Assembly: GCA_016748015.1 (NCBI GenBank)
Contig: JAAOMT010000570.1
Span: forward strand, 66,043 to 130,042
DNA from: Geosiphon pyriformis uo1
Lineage: Eukaryota; Fungi; Glomeromycota
Reading direction: 5' to 3'
DNA: 64,000 nucleotides
Below, piece by piece: positions 38,257 through 51,752 of this stretch. The stretch's first letter is position 1; the number at the start of each line of letters is the position of its first letter. The notes under the pieces were generated by a model. It was not told where the DNA came from. It worked only from the letters and a program-made list of their open reading frames with translations, and searched no databases. A program made the translations under genes and the position numbers.

Positions 38257-41200
38257 TTATTGTATTTCACGGTACAGGTTTCCAAAACGGTGCTCCTTTA
38301 TGTATTCTCCTCCCATCTCTTGATATTCTTGCTTGGACACCACGTATTGGTGAAATTCATCGGTGTTTGCCCATAGAGCGGCACCACGCCATGCGTCCAA
38401 TATAGGGTCACGGGCTTGAATTATTCGCAGGGAAGAAGCGTCAGATAAAGTAGCACGTAAAGAAATCTCAAAACGCTTCGATAATCCGGGGGTTTGAGTG
38501 TGACCTCCTGTGAGGAAAACCGCCTTTCAAAGAGAGGAATTGGTTGTTGAGTCATCTCAAAAGGACTATCTCAAATCAAATATATAAACCTACCTGAACC
38601 AACTGATTGCGGTCGTGTTCATTAAATCTCTTTACTACATCACTCACGGTTTCCACGACGCCCGCTTGGTCTAACCCGACAATGGTTGGCTGAAATAGAG
38701 CCTCTGGTACTCGAATCCGTTCAATATTAACATGCAACTGATGCATCTGGGCTACATCCTCGGGATCATAAGGAGCTACGCCATGGGTAAACATGTATAC
38801 GATGGATTTCCGCATCGAATTTTGAGCGTCAAATGTATGTTCGGGTAAAAAGCCTCCATCGAATTGTAGAAGCTTAGTCTCCAAATCTTTGAGCTGTGTG
38901 AGTTCCTCTTCCTCTTCCCAACCATCATCATCTTTGCTCTAGTAAACAAACATAGGTTAGAAAAGGTATAATAATAAAGTTTAATTCAAAGTAACTCACA
39001 ATTTCTTTATATATCTCCCAATCCTTATCGTCTGCGCCAAAAGTATCCTCTAAGAAAGAAAATACTTGAGATATTTTGTATTTAAATATCTTGATAGGCT
39101 AAAATAAGTTTCCTTACCATCTTGACCCCTTCGACGTCTTTTTGGGGGCGGAGCATCACTTGCCAACGTGGCGATCGATTTCATTCTCAATTGAGACGCA
39201 TGACTTCTTCTATCGGAAAGCTGTTCCTTTCTTCGTTTCAATATTTTTACTTTCTCAAGTTGGGTCTTTATAAAAAGAAATGAAGTGATTAGGAGATTAC
39301 CTTCAATATCAGAAAAACTTGCAAGAGACCTACTTGGTAATTATTTTTTAGATCGTTCAGCCACCCTTCAAAATCCGTATTTCTCTTAGCTTCTTCGATT
39401 CTTTCTTCATCTTCCTAGATAATCATGAAATGAGTGTTAAAAGTTTCATGCTTCTTCAGAATTAATTAATTTTAAATTATAATTGTAGCTAACCAGTTGC
39501 TTTTTGGCCAATTCTTTAGCCTCGCGTGCTCTTTGCCGTGACTCGTGCAAGCTTTTAGATGCTTGCTGTTTCTTTTTTTCTTTTCTCTCTCCCTCGTTGA
39601 GTTGGTCATCTGGTATATCTACTAGAGGAAAGGTAGGTTCTTCCTGGATAATAATATAGGTATTATTATATTAAATTCAATGGATTGTTAATCACACCTT
39701 TTCCAGGTATACAAACCTTAATCTCAATCTCATCAATCCCTAACAATTTATTTCGGGCTCGTTGTATTGATTTCTCTGCCTTTTTTATCATTTCATCCAA
39801 ATCTACCTCATCACGTATTTGGTGTTCTCTGAGACTTGCCTTCAATTCAATAAGATCGATCAGATCAAATATGGGAAACCAGCCAATAAATAAATAACCT
39901 ACTATAAATTCGGCTTTTCTCATTGATGATTTACTTTCTTTTAACGAGATGAAAAGATCGTAGTTTTGCTCTTGTTCTCTTAACTTTGGTGGATATTGAA
40001 AATTATTAACGTATGATCTATGTCTAATTATTCGATATAGTGTGAGAATAATAATAGGGTCAAGAATGAACCTTATTCATTCGCAATTTCTCAGCCTGGT
40101 CCTTCAATCTTCTAGTTTGTTCTGCTCGCCTTTCTTCAGCACGTGCAATTTCTTCTTCCGTTTTTTCCGTGATGGCCTATCAAAAACCGAGTTAATAAAT
40201 AGGCGTATCCAATAAATGAGAAACCCGAATCAAAATATATCTACCGGTGGAATGTAAGGAAACTGGATTATACGGTCTCTAAGGACAAATGTTTCTGGAT
40301 TCTCGAATTGTTTCAGCTCTTCCTGGTAGTTTTCGGCAACATAAGTATGATTATGTAAAAGATGCTAGCAAAGAATGACAATAATGGGACAATGTGATCA
40401 AATAAGGTAAGCAAAGGCTGAGACAGTAGAAAATGAAATGAAATTAGAAAGTACATACCTGTGCTTGGTTTATGGTCATCTTAGTAGGAAAGGTTGGATA
40501 TTTGAGTTGCATAAGTTTCAACATAAAATCTGTAGACGTAAAGCCACCATATGATATCCTGTAATTTATATATATATATAAATAATTAGTTTATAAAAAA
40601 ATAATAATATTTATATAGTTTAGGAGGTAAATATGGGAGCAGTTGAATTTCTTTTGATAATACCTTTTTGCCTGTTCTAATATTCCTCGACCACCGAGTA
40701 TAGGTATTATATGAGTAGTGGAATGGCCTGATGAGACTACAGTCCCACCATCATTAAAAGAGAGTCCATTGGCATGAAAACTGAAAAGCGCATCGATTCC
40801 ATAGCATACTGATGGAATACGGTAACATTCAAATAATAACTCAGACATGACTAAATATGAATAAATGAGATTTAAGTCAGGAGAAATTGATCTTGAAAGA
40901 ATTGAGATACAATCAAATAGATAACAGATGAGATACGTTTTCTTGATTGTGGTGGATTACAGACAGCCTCAGTCATTAATATCGGATGATCAAGGGTTTC
41001 CGTGTTAACACCTAACCTCACCAATATGTAGTCCATAACGGTTTCCTATGTAGGGGAGTGGGATTAAAATTTGGATCATCTTTATATTTATAAAAAACAG
41101 AGAATACCCACCATTGTCTCATAATTTATTACAATATTGCCATCAAATGCTGACTTTGCATTTGCTTTCGCGGTTGCATCAGTATAAATATCATTGCCAA

Positions 41201-41782
41201 CCAACAAGCAGCTCTGGGAAAGTTTACGATCGCGATATTTCGAGACCAGGTTATCGAATTGTACTTTTTAATTGTTTCAAAAACGCGTGAATTTAGCAAT
41301 GAAACCTAGTTGAATAAAATGAAAAAATTTACCGCCAGTTTGAAAAGTAAAATATCTTACATCTTGGACTATCATCAGTTGCCCAACCGACACGACATTG
41401 GTATGATCCTAAAAATCATTAAAAGGTAAACAATTAAATATCTTGTTTGATTTTAATAAGTGATGTAGCATTTCCATCAAAAATCAAGGAACATTCGAGG
41501 AAAGCAAATAAACTATTCATATAAAATTTCAGAGACCCATCATATGGTGAATTATTTCAAAAATAACCAGCCAAGAAATAGCTTAAAATATTTTTTCGCT
41601 TCACCTCCAACTTAATGTGATAATAAAATATTAACTAGTTATTTATCTTTACCATTGTCAATGACAAGGGGGACTTGGGAACCCCCAAAACTGAATTCAT
41701 AGTCCGTTGAAACAGTGTTTGGACTCCAATATCTTCGGTCGCCAATTAGGTGTATTTTTGGAGTGGATATTATTCCTGCCAT
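38257..41782 (-). CDS. ARP5: Actin-related protein 5 (INO80 complex), multi-exon
   Basis: PLVIDNG; MSELLFECYRIPSVCYGIDALFSF; charged insert with DRRSHASQLRMKSIATLA; QLHVNIERIRVPEALFQP; DPILDAWRGA. Confidence 0.93.
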
Positions 41783-42244
41783 AGGTATTGTTTGAGGTTA
41801 GCAAGTAAAAGTCTTGGTAAAAGCCAAAGTTTGGTTCCAATGAGCGGCAGGTAAACAACCTAAATAGGTGTGACGTTCTTTGTCCCTGCAGTTTTAAACT
41901 GGAAACAATGTCGTTGATAGCGAAACTTTCTTTCAGTGCGGTATACATATCAAATATCAAGTTACAAGAAATATGATAGCATTAGTCACAAAGATTTCTA
42001 TATTGATTTTTTTAACGAAATTGTGCCAATAGGACATTAGATAAAATTTTTAAATGGGAAAGGATATTCCCAATAATGGATCTATTTCAGTTTTTTCAGC
42101 AAGAAATAAAAGCTTAATTTCAATATTGGTCACGTGGTTGAAATTGTCCCACAATTCATTCGATTAATTGCGGGTATAATATAATTTATTAAATTTCCAA
42201 TAATTTTAGATAACGCTAAAATAAAATAAACGATTCAAACAAAA

Positions 42245-42413
42245 GCACTTTTTCAACAGATAAATTGCTCTATGTTGGGTGAATTATCAAGAACGAAAAA
42301 AGTCGTCATGAATTGGAGAGTAAGTTGGCATGGATCTCTGGGTGCGACTGCAGTTTAGAATAATCTTCGTTATTGTTCGTCTGGGGCGGGTCGCAAGGAT
42401 TCATAGCACAGAT
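42245..42413 (+). ncRNA. Candidate box H/ACA snoRNA
   Basis: Hairpin, then AGAGTA (ANANNA, 42317-42322), then a hairpin (TGCGAC/GTCGCA, ATGGATCT/GGATTCAT), then ACA (42408-42410). Pocket spacing in hairpin 1 is non-canonical. Confidence 0.3.
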
Positions 42414-42499
42414 TACATATGGTTGGTATACTGAACTGAACTTTAGTGAATCAATATTATGGAATATCATTTGATCGGATTTATCAAAATTTAGTGGGA

Positions 42500-45050
42500 A
42501 AATTTAATTAGTTTAATATATACTTATATAATAATTCAGATTTTTGTTATTTAAAGTTTGGTTTTTTTAACATTAAATTTTATATTAAGATTAAAGAACT
42601 TTTATAGAATAATTATATACATAATAATATAATTTTATTTATAACTAAAATTTTTTCATTATCTGAATTAATTTAAAATTTTAATTTAAATTCAAATTTA
42701 TTATAAAAAACAACAAGATAAAATACAACAAATAAAATAGTAATTTTAACTTAAAAATTAATCCAACAAAATTAATTTATAAAATATTTGAACATAGCAA
42801 ATAATTATAAAAATAATTTTATAATTAAAATTTAAATAATTTATAATAATGTTAATATTTAACTTTTTTTTCAAAATACCAGTTTTAATAATAACAGTAT
42901 TAAAAACTTTTTTTAATTTAAAAATAATAATAATAATATATATTATTATCAGTAATTAAATATAATTAAAAAAACATATTGTTTTAATAAAATATAATTC
43001 AATATTATAAATAAAATTCAAATTTTACAAATAATTATAATTTATGTATTTTTTACATACAATTAACTATTTAAATTAACCAAAATTATATAAATAACAT
43101 TAATAAAAATATTTAATTTATTACATATTAAATAATAATTAATAATATTAATTATTTACAAAAAACTTGGTTTAATTACAAAATTTAGCATAAAACAAAT
43201 GTTTTAACATAAAAAAATCTAATTTAATAAAACAAAACCCATATAATATATTAATATTATTTATTTTTAAAATTATTAATAATATTTTTTAAAAATAATA
43301 CATAATTTTGTTTTAAGTAATTATATTTTTTTTAATAAAAAGTAACAAAATAATAAAACTTTATTATTTTAAAACTATTTAACTTTACAAATCTAAAAGT
43401 TTTAAAAATATTACTAAACCAAAACTTAAATATAAAGCTTTTATTAAAACAATATATATTTTTTTATTAAAAAGATTTTACAAAATTTATTATAAAAAAA
43501 CAAAACACTAAAATTCGAAATTTTTTAATAATTAAATTAAATTAAAACTGTTTTATGTTAATTAATATTATTTATAAAACTTGTATTCAAAATTTTTTTA
43601 TAAACTTTAATTTTTATTAAATATAAACGTTATATACAAAATATTAAATATTATTAAAAATAATTATAATATTATATTTAAAAAAAATATGTTAAAATTT
43701 TAAAAAACAAAACATAATTAAAAAAACAATTCTTATTAGTTATATAATTTGTTATTTTATTATTTAAAACATTAAAATAATTATTAATTTTAATTTAATT
43801 TATTAATAAAGTTTTATTTTAAATAATATTGTTAATTTTTTATTTTATTGTTTAATAATTATCTTAAGAATTAAATATTAAATATTTACTAAATTTGCAT
43901 ATATAAATAATAATCAAATTATTTGTAAAAACATTATATTTTTGCTGTGTTAAAATATACTTTAAAACTATTAATTAAAATTAAAAATTAATAGTTAAAA
44001 ACCAATAATTAATTTTTATTTTATTTATTTCAAAAAACTTTATTTATTAATATATTTAATTTTAAAATTACTTTAATTAAAATTTTATATTTTAGTTTTT
44101 AAAAAACACAAAATTTTTTTATATTATATTTTTAAAAAAAAAATGCTGATTTTTTTTAATATTATTATTTTTAGTATAATTTTTTTAATAATAATTATTA
44201 AAAATAAAATATTAACAATTATTTTTTTATTTAATATTAACAATTTAAATTTTGATAAATTATTTAATAAAACTGTGCTTAATTAAAACAAATTAATTAC
44301 AATAATTTTTAAAATAATTTTATTTTTATTATTATAAATAATTTAATTGATAATTTTAAAAAAAATAACTTAAATACAAAATGTAAAAGATTATTTTTAA
44401 TCATAAAAATAATTAATAATAATTTATAAGTAAAAATTATCTGTAAAAAGTTTAATTTACATAAACTATAATTATTATTATTTAAAATTAAAAATTTTAA
44501 TAATATTTAATAATTATTAAATTGTTTTAAATACTAATTTAAATTTAATTTGGCAAATAATTTGTTATTATTATTGTTTAAAACAGAAAAAAATTTATTG
44601 TTTACAGCCAAAATAAAATTAAATACCATATTTAATATTAATAAAAAAAAATTACAGTATAAAAAAATTAAATCTTATTTTTTAAATAAAGAAAAACAAA
44701 CTTCAAAAAATAATAGTGATTTAAAATGATAACTTAATCATTGATTTATTATTAAGAATTCTATAACTTTTTACAATAATTGTAAAACATTAAAACTAGG
44801 GTTTAATATATCATTTTAAAAAAACTTTAAATAAAAAAAAAATTTTTAATCAAACAAAAAAAATGCTATTAAAATAGCTAAAAACTGTTTTAATTTAAAA
44901 ATATTTAAGAAAAGTGTTTTTATAATCTTTTGTCTAACTGTCTTTACAACTGAAAGAACGTTTTGAATTGTAACACCTTTAAAAACTATAGAAAAAATAG
45001 TGGTTGCTTCTTTTTTACTTTTTACTTTAATTATAAAAAATAGAAGAGAA
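42500..45050 (-). mobile_element. Extremely AT-decayed TE block including a half-LINE-family ORF1 copy
   Basis: 44800-45040 matches the ORF1 5' end (cf. 24700-24930). 42870-42905 matches 20245-20280. Confidence 0.6.
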
Positions 45051-45304
45051 AGTGTTTTTTTTAAAAATATAAAAATTATTTATAACACAATTATATAATC
45101 GTAAATATAAGAAAATCTATTTATAAGAAATTTTTTTATTAAATTACATAAAAATCTAGGCCGTTAACTTATGATGTCATAGTGCGCTATTGTGGAAATT
45201 GACTTTCGACGATCACGCAGATCTCATAATAGAAACTTGGTGAACTACGATTCATTTCCCAATGGGTCCCTCTTCTGCACCAAATTCAAATAATATAAAG
45301 GAAA

Positions 45305-46659
45305 ATGTCGGGCAAAGACACTGAAACTACTTCTGAGATGGAGACAAAAACTGAAAACGGAGCTGACTTTGATATAAGAGAACCGGTTATTGATCATTGG
45401 GAGAACGGTCGACTTCTTTGGGGCTTATCTGGAAATAATATTTACGCTCGAGACGGACAGACCATAGTTACAGTTGGACATTCCTCTGTAAACTCTGTTG
45501 CCCCTTTAGATTTATTACGATATATATATCTCCCAGAGCAGCCCCATTATCGTCTTTTTGATCCTAGTACAAGGACAATTTCATACCTTCAATCACGTTC
45601 TTTTGTACCAGTCAAGTCTTTGAATCCAATGGAGAAGAAGCGGATACTGGTTACGGGAGGGGCTGGTTTCGTTGGCTCCCATTTAGTGGATCGACTGATG
45701 CTTATGGGCCACGACGTCACTGTCATTGACAACTTTTTTACCGGGCGTAAGAACAATCTTGATCATTGGATGGGTCATCCAAATTTCGAATTAATTCGGC
45801 ATGATGTTGTAGATCCTTTCATGATTGAAGTTGATCAAATTTACCATTTAGCTTGTCCTGCTTCTCCACCTCATTATCAATACAATCCCATTAAAACGGT
45901 GAAGACGAGTGTCATGGGGACAATAAATATGTTAGGTCTTGCCAAACGTGTCAAGGCGCGGTTTCTCTTAACATCGACATCAGGTCAGTAATGTTCTTTA
46001 AAGTGATATTCAAACCAATGTTCATATATTAATAAATGATTTTAATCCGATTATCTTATCAATTAGAAGTATATGGTGATCCCGAGGAACACCCACAAGC
46101 GGAATCTTATTGGGGTAATGTTAATCCAATCGGTCCTAGAGCTTGTTATGATGAGGGAAAACGGGTGGCAGAAACCCTGACTTATGCATATATGCAACAA
46201 GACAAAGTTGATATACGGGTGGCCCGTATTTTTAATACTTTCGGACCTCGTATGAATGAAAATGACGGCCGTGTTGTGAGCAACTTCATAATGCAAGCAT
46301 TAAAGGGTGAAGATCTTACTATTTACGGAGATGGACAGCAGACGCGATCATTCCAATATATTCATGATTTGGTAGATGGTCTGATATTGCTCATGAATAA
46401 AGATTATAAAGAACCAGTGAATCTTGGAAACCCTGATGAGTATACAATTCGAGAGTTTGCTGAATTCATTCGAAATGAAGTCAATCCCGCTTGTAAGATC
46501 ATCACCTTGCCCGGAACGACAGACGATCCTAGAAAAAGAAAGCCACATATAAGTCGAGCAGAAGATATTCTTGGATGGAAACCCCGTTGGCCTGTCAAGC
46601 AAGGCATTGCAGAAACAGTTCAATATTTTCAAAGACAAATGGCAGCTGGGCTTATCTGA
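45305..46659 (+). CDS. UXS1: UDP-glucuronate decarboxylase (UDP-xylose synthase), 2 exons, intron 45984-46066
   Basis: [49 protein letters not shown]. Confidence 0.96.
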
Positions 46660-47035
46660 ATCGATAATAACTGGGGCTCTTTTTTTAGAAATTATGGATT
46701 TAATATATCATTAATCAAATTATTCCCTGGAATATTTTAATGTATTTATAATATTATGATGTAACCTCATTAATAGTCATTTATATACTAGAAGATATAC
46801 TCTAAATAAGAGTCCCACAGAAAATTTGCCCACTTAGGTTGATCAAAAACTTATTGATTGTAATTAGGTAGCACAACTTTTCATTATCTAAGATCTAATT
46901 CCCTGAGACGCGTAAATTTAATGATAGAAATCAATCCAACATTGGGAATATAAATTTTATGAATGGATTCAAATAAACCAAGATTCTTAAACGTGGATTT
47001 TCAAGTTCCAACCTCGAGATTGAATAACGACAAGA

Positions 47036-49308
47036 ATGAATTCGATTGATAAAGACAAAATATTTTCAGATTCTTCAAGTGACTCAAATATACATTTGGA
47101 AGACGAGTTAACAAAACCAAAGCTTAAACGTAGGGTGTCCAAACCGCCAACTCCAACAAGGCTACTTCGAAGCACAGCGAGCTTTTCGGAGGCTGGCGAC
47201 AGAGATCTAGAGCAAAAAACGCCCACCAGAAACTCGCAGAGCAATTCCGCCCAACATTCTTCCCTTTCCCCAGATGGCCGAGCTCTAAATTCCATAGCAA
47301 CAAAAAGACGAGGCTACATTCCCCTCTCAAAACCCCCGAGAAAGAGGTCCAGGTCTTGGTGTAGTAATAGTCCTAGGACAAAGACTAAGGAGGAGAACGA
47401 ACACACCTCCCCTTCTGGAGTTGAATTCACCAACACCAAGTTTTTGTCCTTCGAGGCAGTCGAGGTCCCCGTCAAAAGAACATCTTCGGGCAACCGACCA
47501 GAGGATTCGACGATATTAGGTTACTTATTAATTTTATCGAAACAATCATTTTAACGCGAAGGCGATCAAATAAATGGTTTGCAACATCTAAAGATACTAG
47601 ATATTCCACTTATGGGTTGACCCGAATAATACGAGGTCATTCTGAGACTGAGCTTGGAGAAAGTGATAATCGCACTGCGGTTTGGTGCTGTCAGTTTCAG
47701 CCTACAGCAGAGCTATGTAAGTTCTGATTATACCTTCCTATGTTCACCGCAGATTTTTTTTCGAACTTGTGATAAATATCTCTAAACCTTTGGAATGGCA
47801 GCCTCACGCTCGAAAATCGTGGCTACTTGTGGAGGTCCTAGCGTTTGCTTTATTGATTGTAGCTTAGGGAAAATAATCACCAAATATACTCATATTGAAC
47901 CAAATGAGGAATTGAAAACTTTAGCTTGGTCTGATTTAGAAGCTGAGGGGGTTGAAGAAAATAGTACAAGAAAGTATTACATTGTGGCCACTGCAGGTAC
48001 ATTAATAGCTTTTCTTGGATTCTTTTAACTATATGAGGTCTTTTTCCTTTCAAATCAAGCCTTTTAACTTAGGGAAGCTGGGCATAATCAAGTTGATTGA
48101 CTATGTTCAGGGTCAGTGCTACGATTATCTTATCGGACATACCGACGAAGTCTCCCAATTGAAATTCTCCAAACAAAATAAGCACTGGTTATTTAGTATG
48201 TATCATTCGCTGAAACCATTTTATTTGATTTCAAAGTCCTAACATAAATTTATTTTTAAACCAAGGTGCTTCCCAAGATGCTTCTATCCGTATGTGGCAT
48301 ATTGGGCTACCCCGATCAGATAACCAAGCATCATCAAAGTATAAGAAATCAAGGCTATCTTTACGATTTTATTGCCAAATTCTCTGTTTTACTTTGATGT
48401 TTTCAAATGGCTTATGAATATCTTTTTTTGTCGCTATACAAAGATGCCTGGCTATATTTCAAAGCCCAAAATATGGGTTTTCCTCATTATGCATATCAAA
48501 CGATTCAAAATCTTTATTCGCTGGATGCTGCTCTGGAACGATGGCTAAATATAATCTTAAAGATATTTCCAAGTCGACTAGCATTGAGAGTGCTCCAATT
48601 CAAATAGAACCGATTCAGCACTATAAAGCTCGTCGATATGTGGATTGGCATTGGTCCTACGTGGATGACATGTTCTATACACAAGAAGGGTCTATAGGTG
48701 ACTGATAAGAGGGTGATATTTTTGCTTTTAATTGGCTAAGTCAATCAAATTGCCCTTTTTAGTTTCTCGTGGTTCATTGGACGGGGAGATCATTGTATGG
48801 TACCCTGAATCAAGTGGAGCGAATGAACCCGACATAAAGTGTTTGCATGAGTGGCCCTCAGCGCCACCCGCTCAGGGAATGAAATTTCGAGTTGTAGACA
48901 CTGAGGGTAAATATAGAATATATTTTTGAATCATGATATCCAATCCCTTGTGATATCTCTTAATACATATGATGTTTTCATCTGATTTCTTAAAGATGAA
49001 TTGACTCTAATAACTGGCGGCGAGAATGGCAGGATATATATTTATGACCTGCGAAGACATTCTGAGGTCCTCGATTCTACAAATGATCGTGGATTTATTT
49101 TATCAAAATGCCTTGTCTCAATGGTAAGGGTTTTTTTGAACGTTTCTTGAATACATCTGTCTAGGTGAGAATATATCTTTCCCTCCTATGGCAGGTCCTT
49201 GATACTTTAGAATCAGACGGTGGAATACTTTGTGTTGATATAAGTGATGATCTTTCCACTATTGTTGCGGTTGACAATCACAATCGTATATTTGTATGGG
49301 AGAGATAA
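47036..49308 (+). CDS. WD40 protein with a disordered basic N-terminus, LRWD1/ORCA-like
   Basis: RGHSE...VWCCQFQP, VATCGGPSVCFIDCSLGKIITKYTH and IVATAGKLGIIKLID resemble the LRWD1 propeller. GT-AG introns; stop at 49306-49308. Confidence 0.7.
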
Positions 49309-49416
49309 CCTTATCAATATTGTAAGGAAAGGGTTTTAGGATCCTAGTTCTAACGAGTTTGTTGGATGACCCTCAATATCAATATTATATTCAGAATTTC
49401 ATATTCGATATGATCA

Positions 49417-51533
49417 TCAATGATTTGAGGATGATTCCATCTTAGAGAGCATCCTTTGCGCAATATTCATATAGCACTTAGTGTGATGGCTATCCGGTTT
49501 CGCGATTACAATCGGCTGACCAAGATCCGATAGCTCACATATATCGGCATGCAAAGGTACATCACCCAAAATATCAATACCCATTTCTTTTGCTGTTCGA
49601 GATGCTCCGTCATTGCCGAATATGTGCGTGGATTGGTGACAATTGGGACATAGAAAATATGACATGTTTTGCATGATTCCAATGATCTTGAAATATTCAA
49701 TTCAAAATGTCAATTTCATATTTACAAACCGATATATGGTTGAAATTCGAGGAATATGAATAGGATTTAAATCACACAAGATAAAAGACATGAAAAAAAT
49801 CACTACAAACCGGTACACCAACTTTTCGAAACATATTTGCCCCTTTTTTCGCGTCGATAAGTGCAATATCTTGAGGAGTCGAAACAATTACAACCCCTTT
49901 GGAACGAATTATCAGTTCAGGATTTTGATAATTCCAAACTTTTCTGTGAAAATACAACTGTACTTAATTACCATCCAATTCAACCTGCTGAGTGATAGTT
50001 AATTGTGTATCTCCTGTCCCGGGAGGCATATCAATGATCAGAAGATCCAGCTCCCCCCAGTAAACTTGATGAAGCAACTGCTGAAGAGCTTTCATCACCT
50101 ACGCGATGGAGTTTAAGCTTGACATCAAGGTTTAGAATACGATGCAATACATGGACATACCATTAAGCCTCTCCAAACCACAGGGGCATCTTCGCTCACC
50201 AGGAAACCCATTGACATGCATTTGACTCCATAATTAATCAAAGGAATCAACTGACCTTGATATCAAAAATATCATGAATTTAAGATTTTCAGAAAGCGGA
50301 ATAATCGAAAAAAAATGACAAGCTTTATGTCGAGAAACCTTTATCCGTTATATTTGGTTCGCCTTTCAAATTCATTAATCTCGGAAGTGAAGGGCCAAAT
50401 AAATCTGCATCTAATATTCCTACGCGTTTTCTTGACAAAGACGCAACGGCCAAGGCAAGGTTCACTTCAGCAATCAATATACAATTTGTACGTCAGAATA
50501 GTAAATTCTTCAAAAGCTACCGAAGCAAGGAAACAAAGGTCTCTTTCTCCATTTTTAGAAGACCCAAATGAAAAGTGATGTTAAGTTTCCATTCATAAGA
50601 TTCGTGTTAATCTGAGCTCGATCCAGCTAGTTTTTTACTTGATCATGTTGCCACAATGTATAGTGAAACCACAGATAAAGGTTGTATTAAAGAACCTCAT
50701 TGATCTATTAGCCATGGGAAGCTATTATTTAATAAGCCGGGAATACAAATATAGCATGCCTAATGAGGTTCAAGGGTGATAGATGAAAACCAACCCATCA
50801 TATTGAGAAAACTATTTATTCCGATTATAGGATAAGCCAAATCGAATAAATTCAATAAATGATGAAAGTCAAAAACCTTGTTCAGTAGATTTGCCGGAAT
50901 CTTTCGTTGTGCACTACCATTAACATTCCCTTGCATTATTATCCCTGAAATTAATCTTGTTTAGGGGATTCAAGAATACAAAGTGTTTCACCCTTCCTTA
51001 GACAAAATGGTCAGACTTTTCCGGGGGTAAATTGTAACATAACTGGGGTGATAATGGTAATACTCAACGATAGAAGGCCTTGTCAGTTACATTTCAAAAA
51101 GCCATCACTCCCCATTATGTGGAATTGAAGATTTTATTGAGTGACGAGTTAATTAATTCTAATCTTGAAATATACCTGTGGTTGTTGACTTTCCTACGCC
51201 ACCTTTTCCTGAAGCTACGGCAATTACATTCTTAATGTTTTCGAGTCGCCTTTTAGCAGGCAAACCACGTTGCATTCGAGCAATGCTCGCAGGAGACTGT
51301 TTCAAGGGCGAATTGGCGGAGAACTTTGAAAAAAGTCCCTGAATATATATTTTTAGACCAATCAGTAGACGAAGGAATTTTTAGAAAATTCCTTATGAAA
51401 GTTAGAATTTTTTTACTAGAGCATTCTCGCCCGCAAGAGGCAAACTATGAGAAAAGAATCTCTTTGCGTTGAGCAAAATTCTCTGCGAGGTGTATTTCTT
51501 TGGAAAATACCATAAAATATGCAACTTCCGCAT
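49417..51533 (-). CDS. IND1: Mitochondrial Mrp/NBP35-family Fe-S assembly ATPase (Ind1/NUBPL)
   Basis: Presequence-like N-terminus; [15 protein letters not shown]; [11 protein letters not shown]; VVWRGLM; [11 protein letters not shown]; [11 protein letters not shown]; [11 protein letters not shown]. Confidence 0.93.
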
Positions 51534-51752
51534 TTTTATGGAAGCAAAACTAGAAAGAATTTGGTTTGATTTATAAAACCACATGTGACGCCATTTATTT
51601 TCGCGGTGTGACGTAGTTATCAACAATTGACGCGTTGTTCCATTCTAAATGTGCGCCATTCGGTTTATGCTCCCTCACCAGCATTTTTCACAGTCAACTA
51701 AAGGCAAGTTTCCTTTCTTTTTGCCGTACGGACGCTTCATTCCCTCCAGTTC

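Noticed and set aside
50859-50948. Box C/D-like motifs (ATGATGA...CTGA) in the long IND1 intron
   Set aside because: They are antisense to the host intron, with no terminal stem and no convincingly placed guide.
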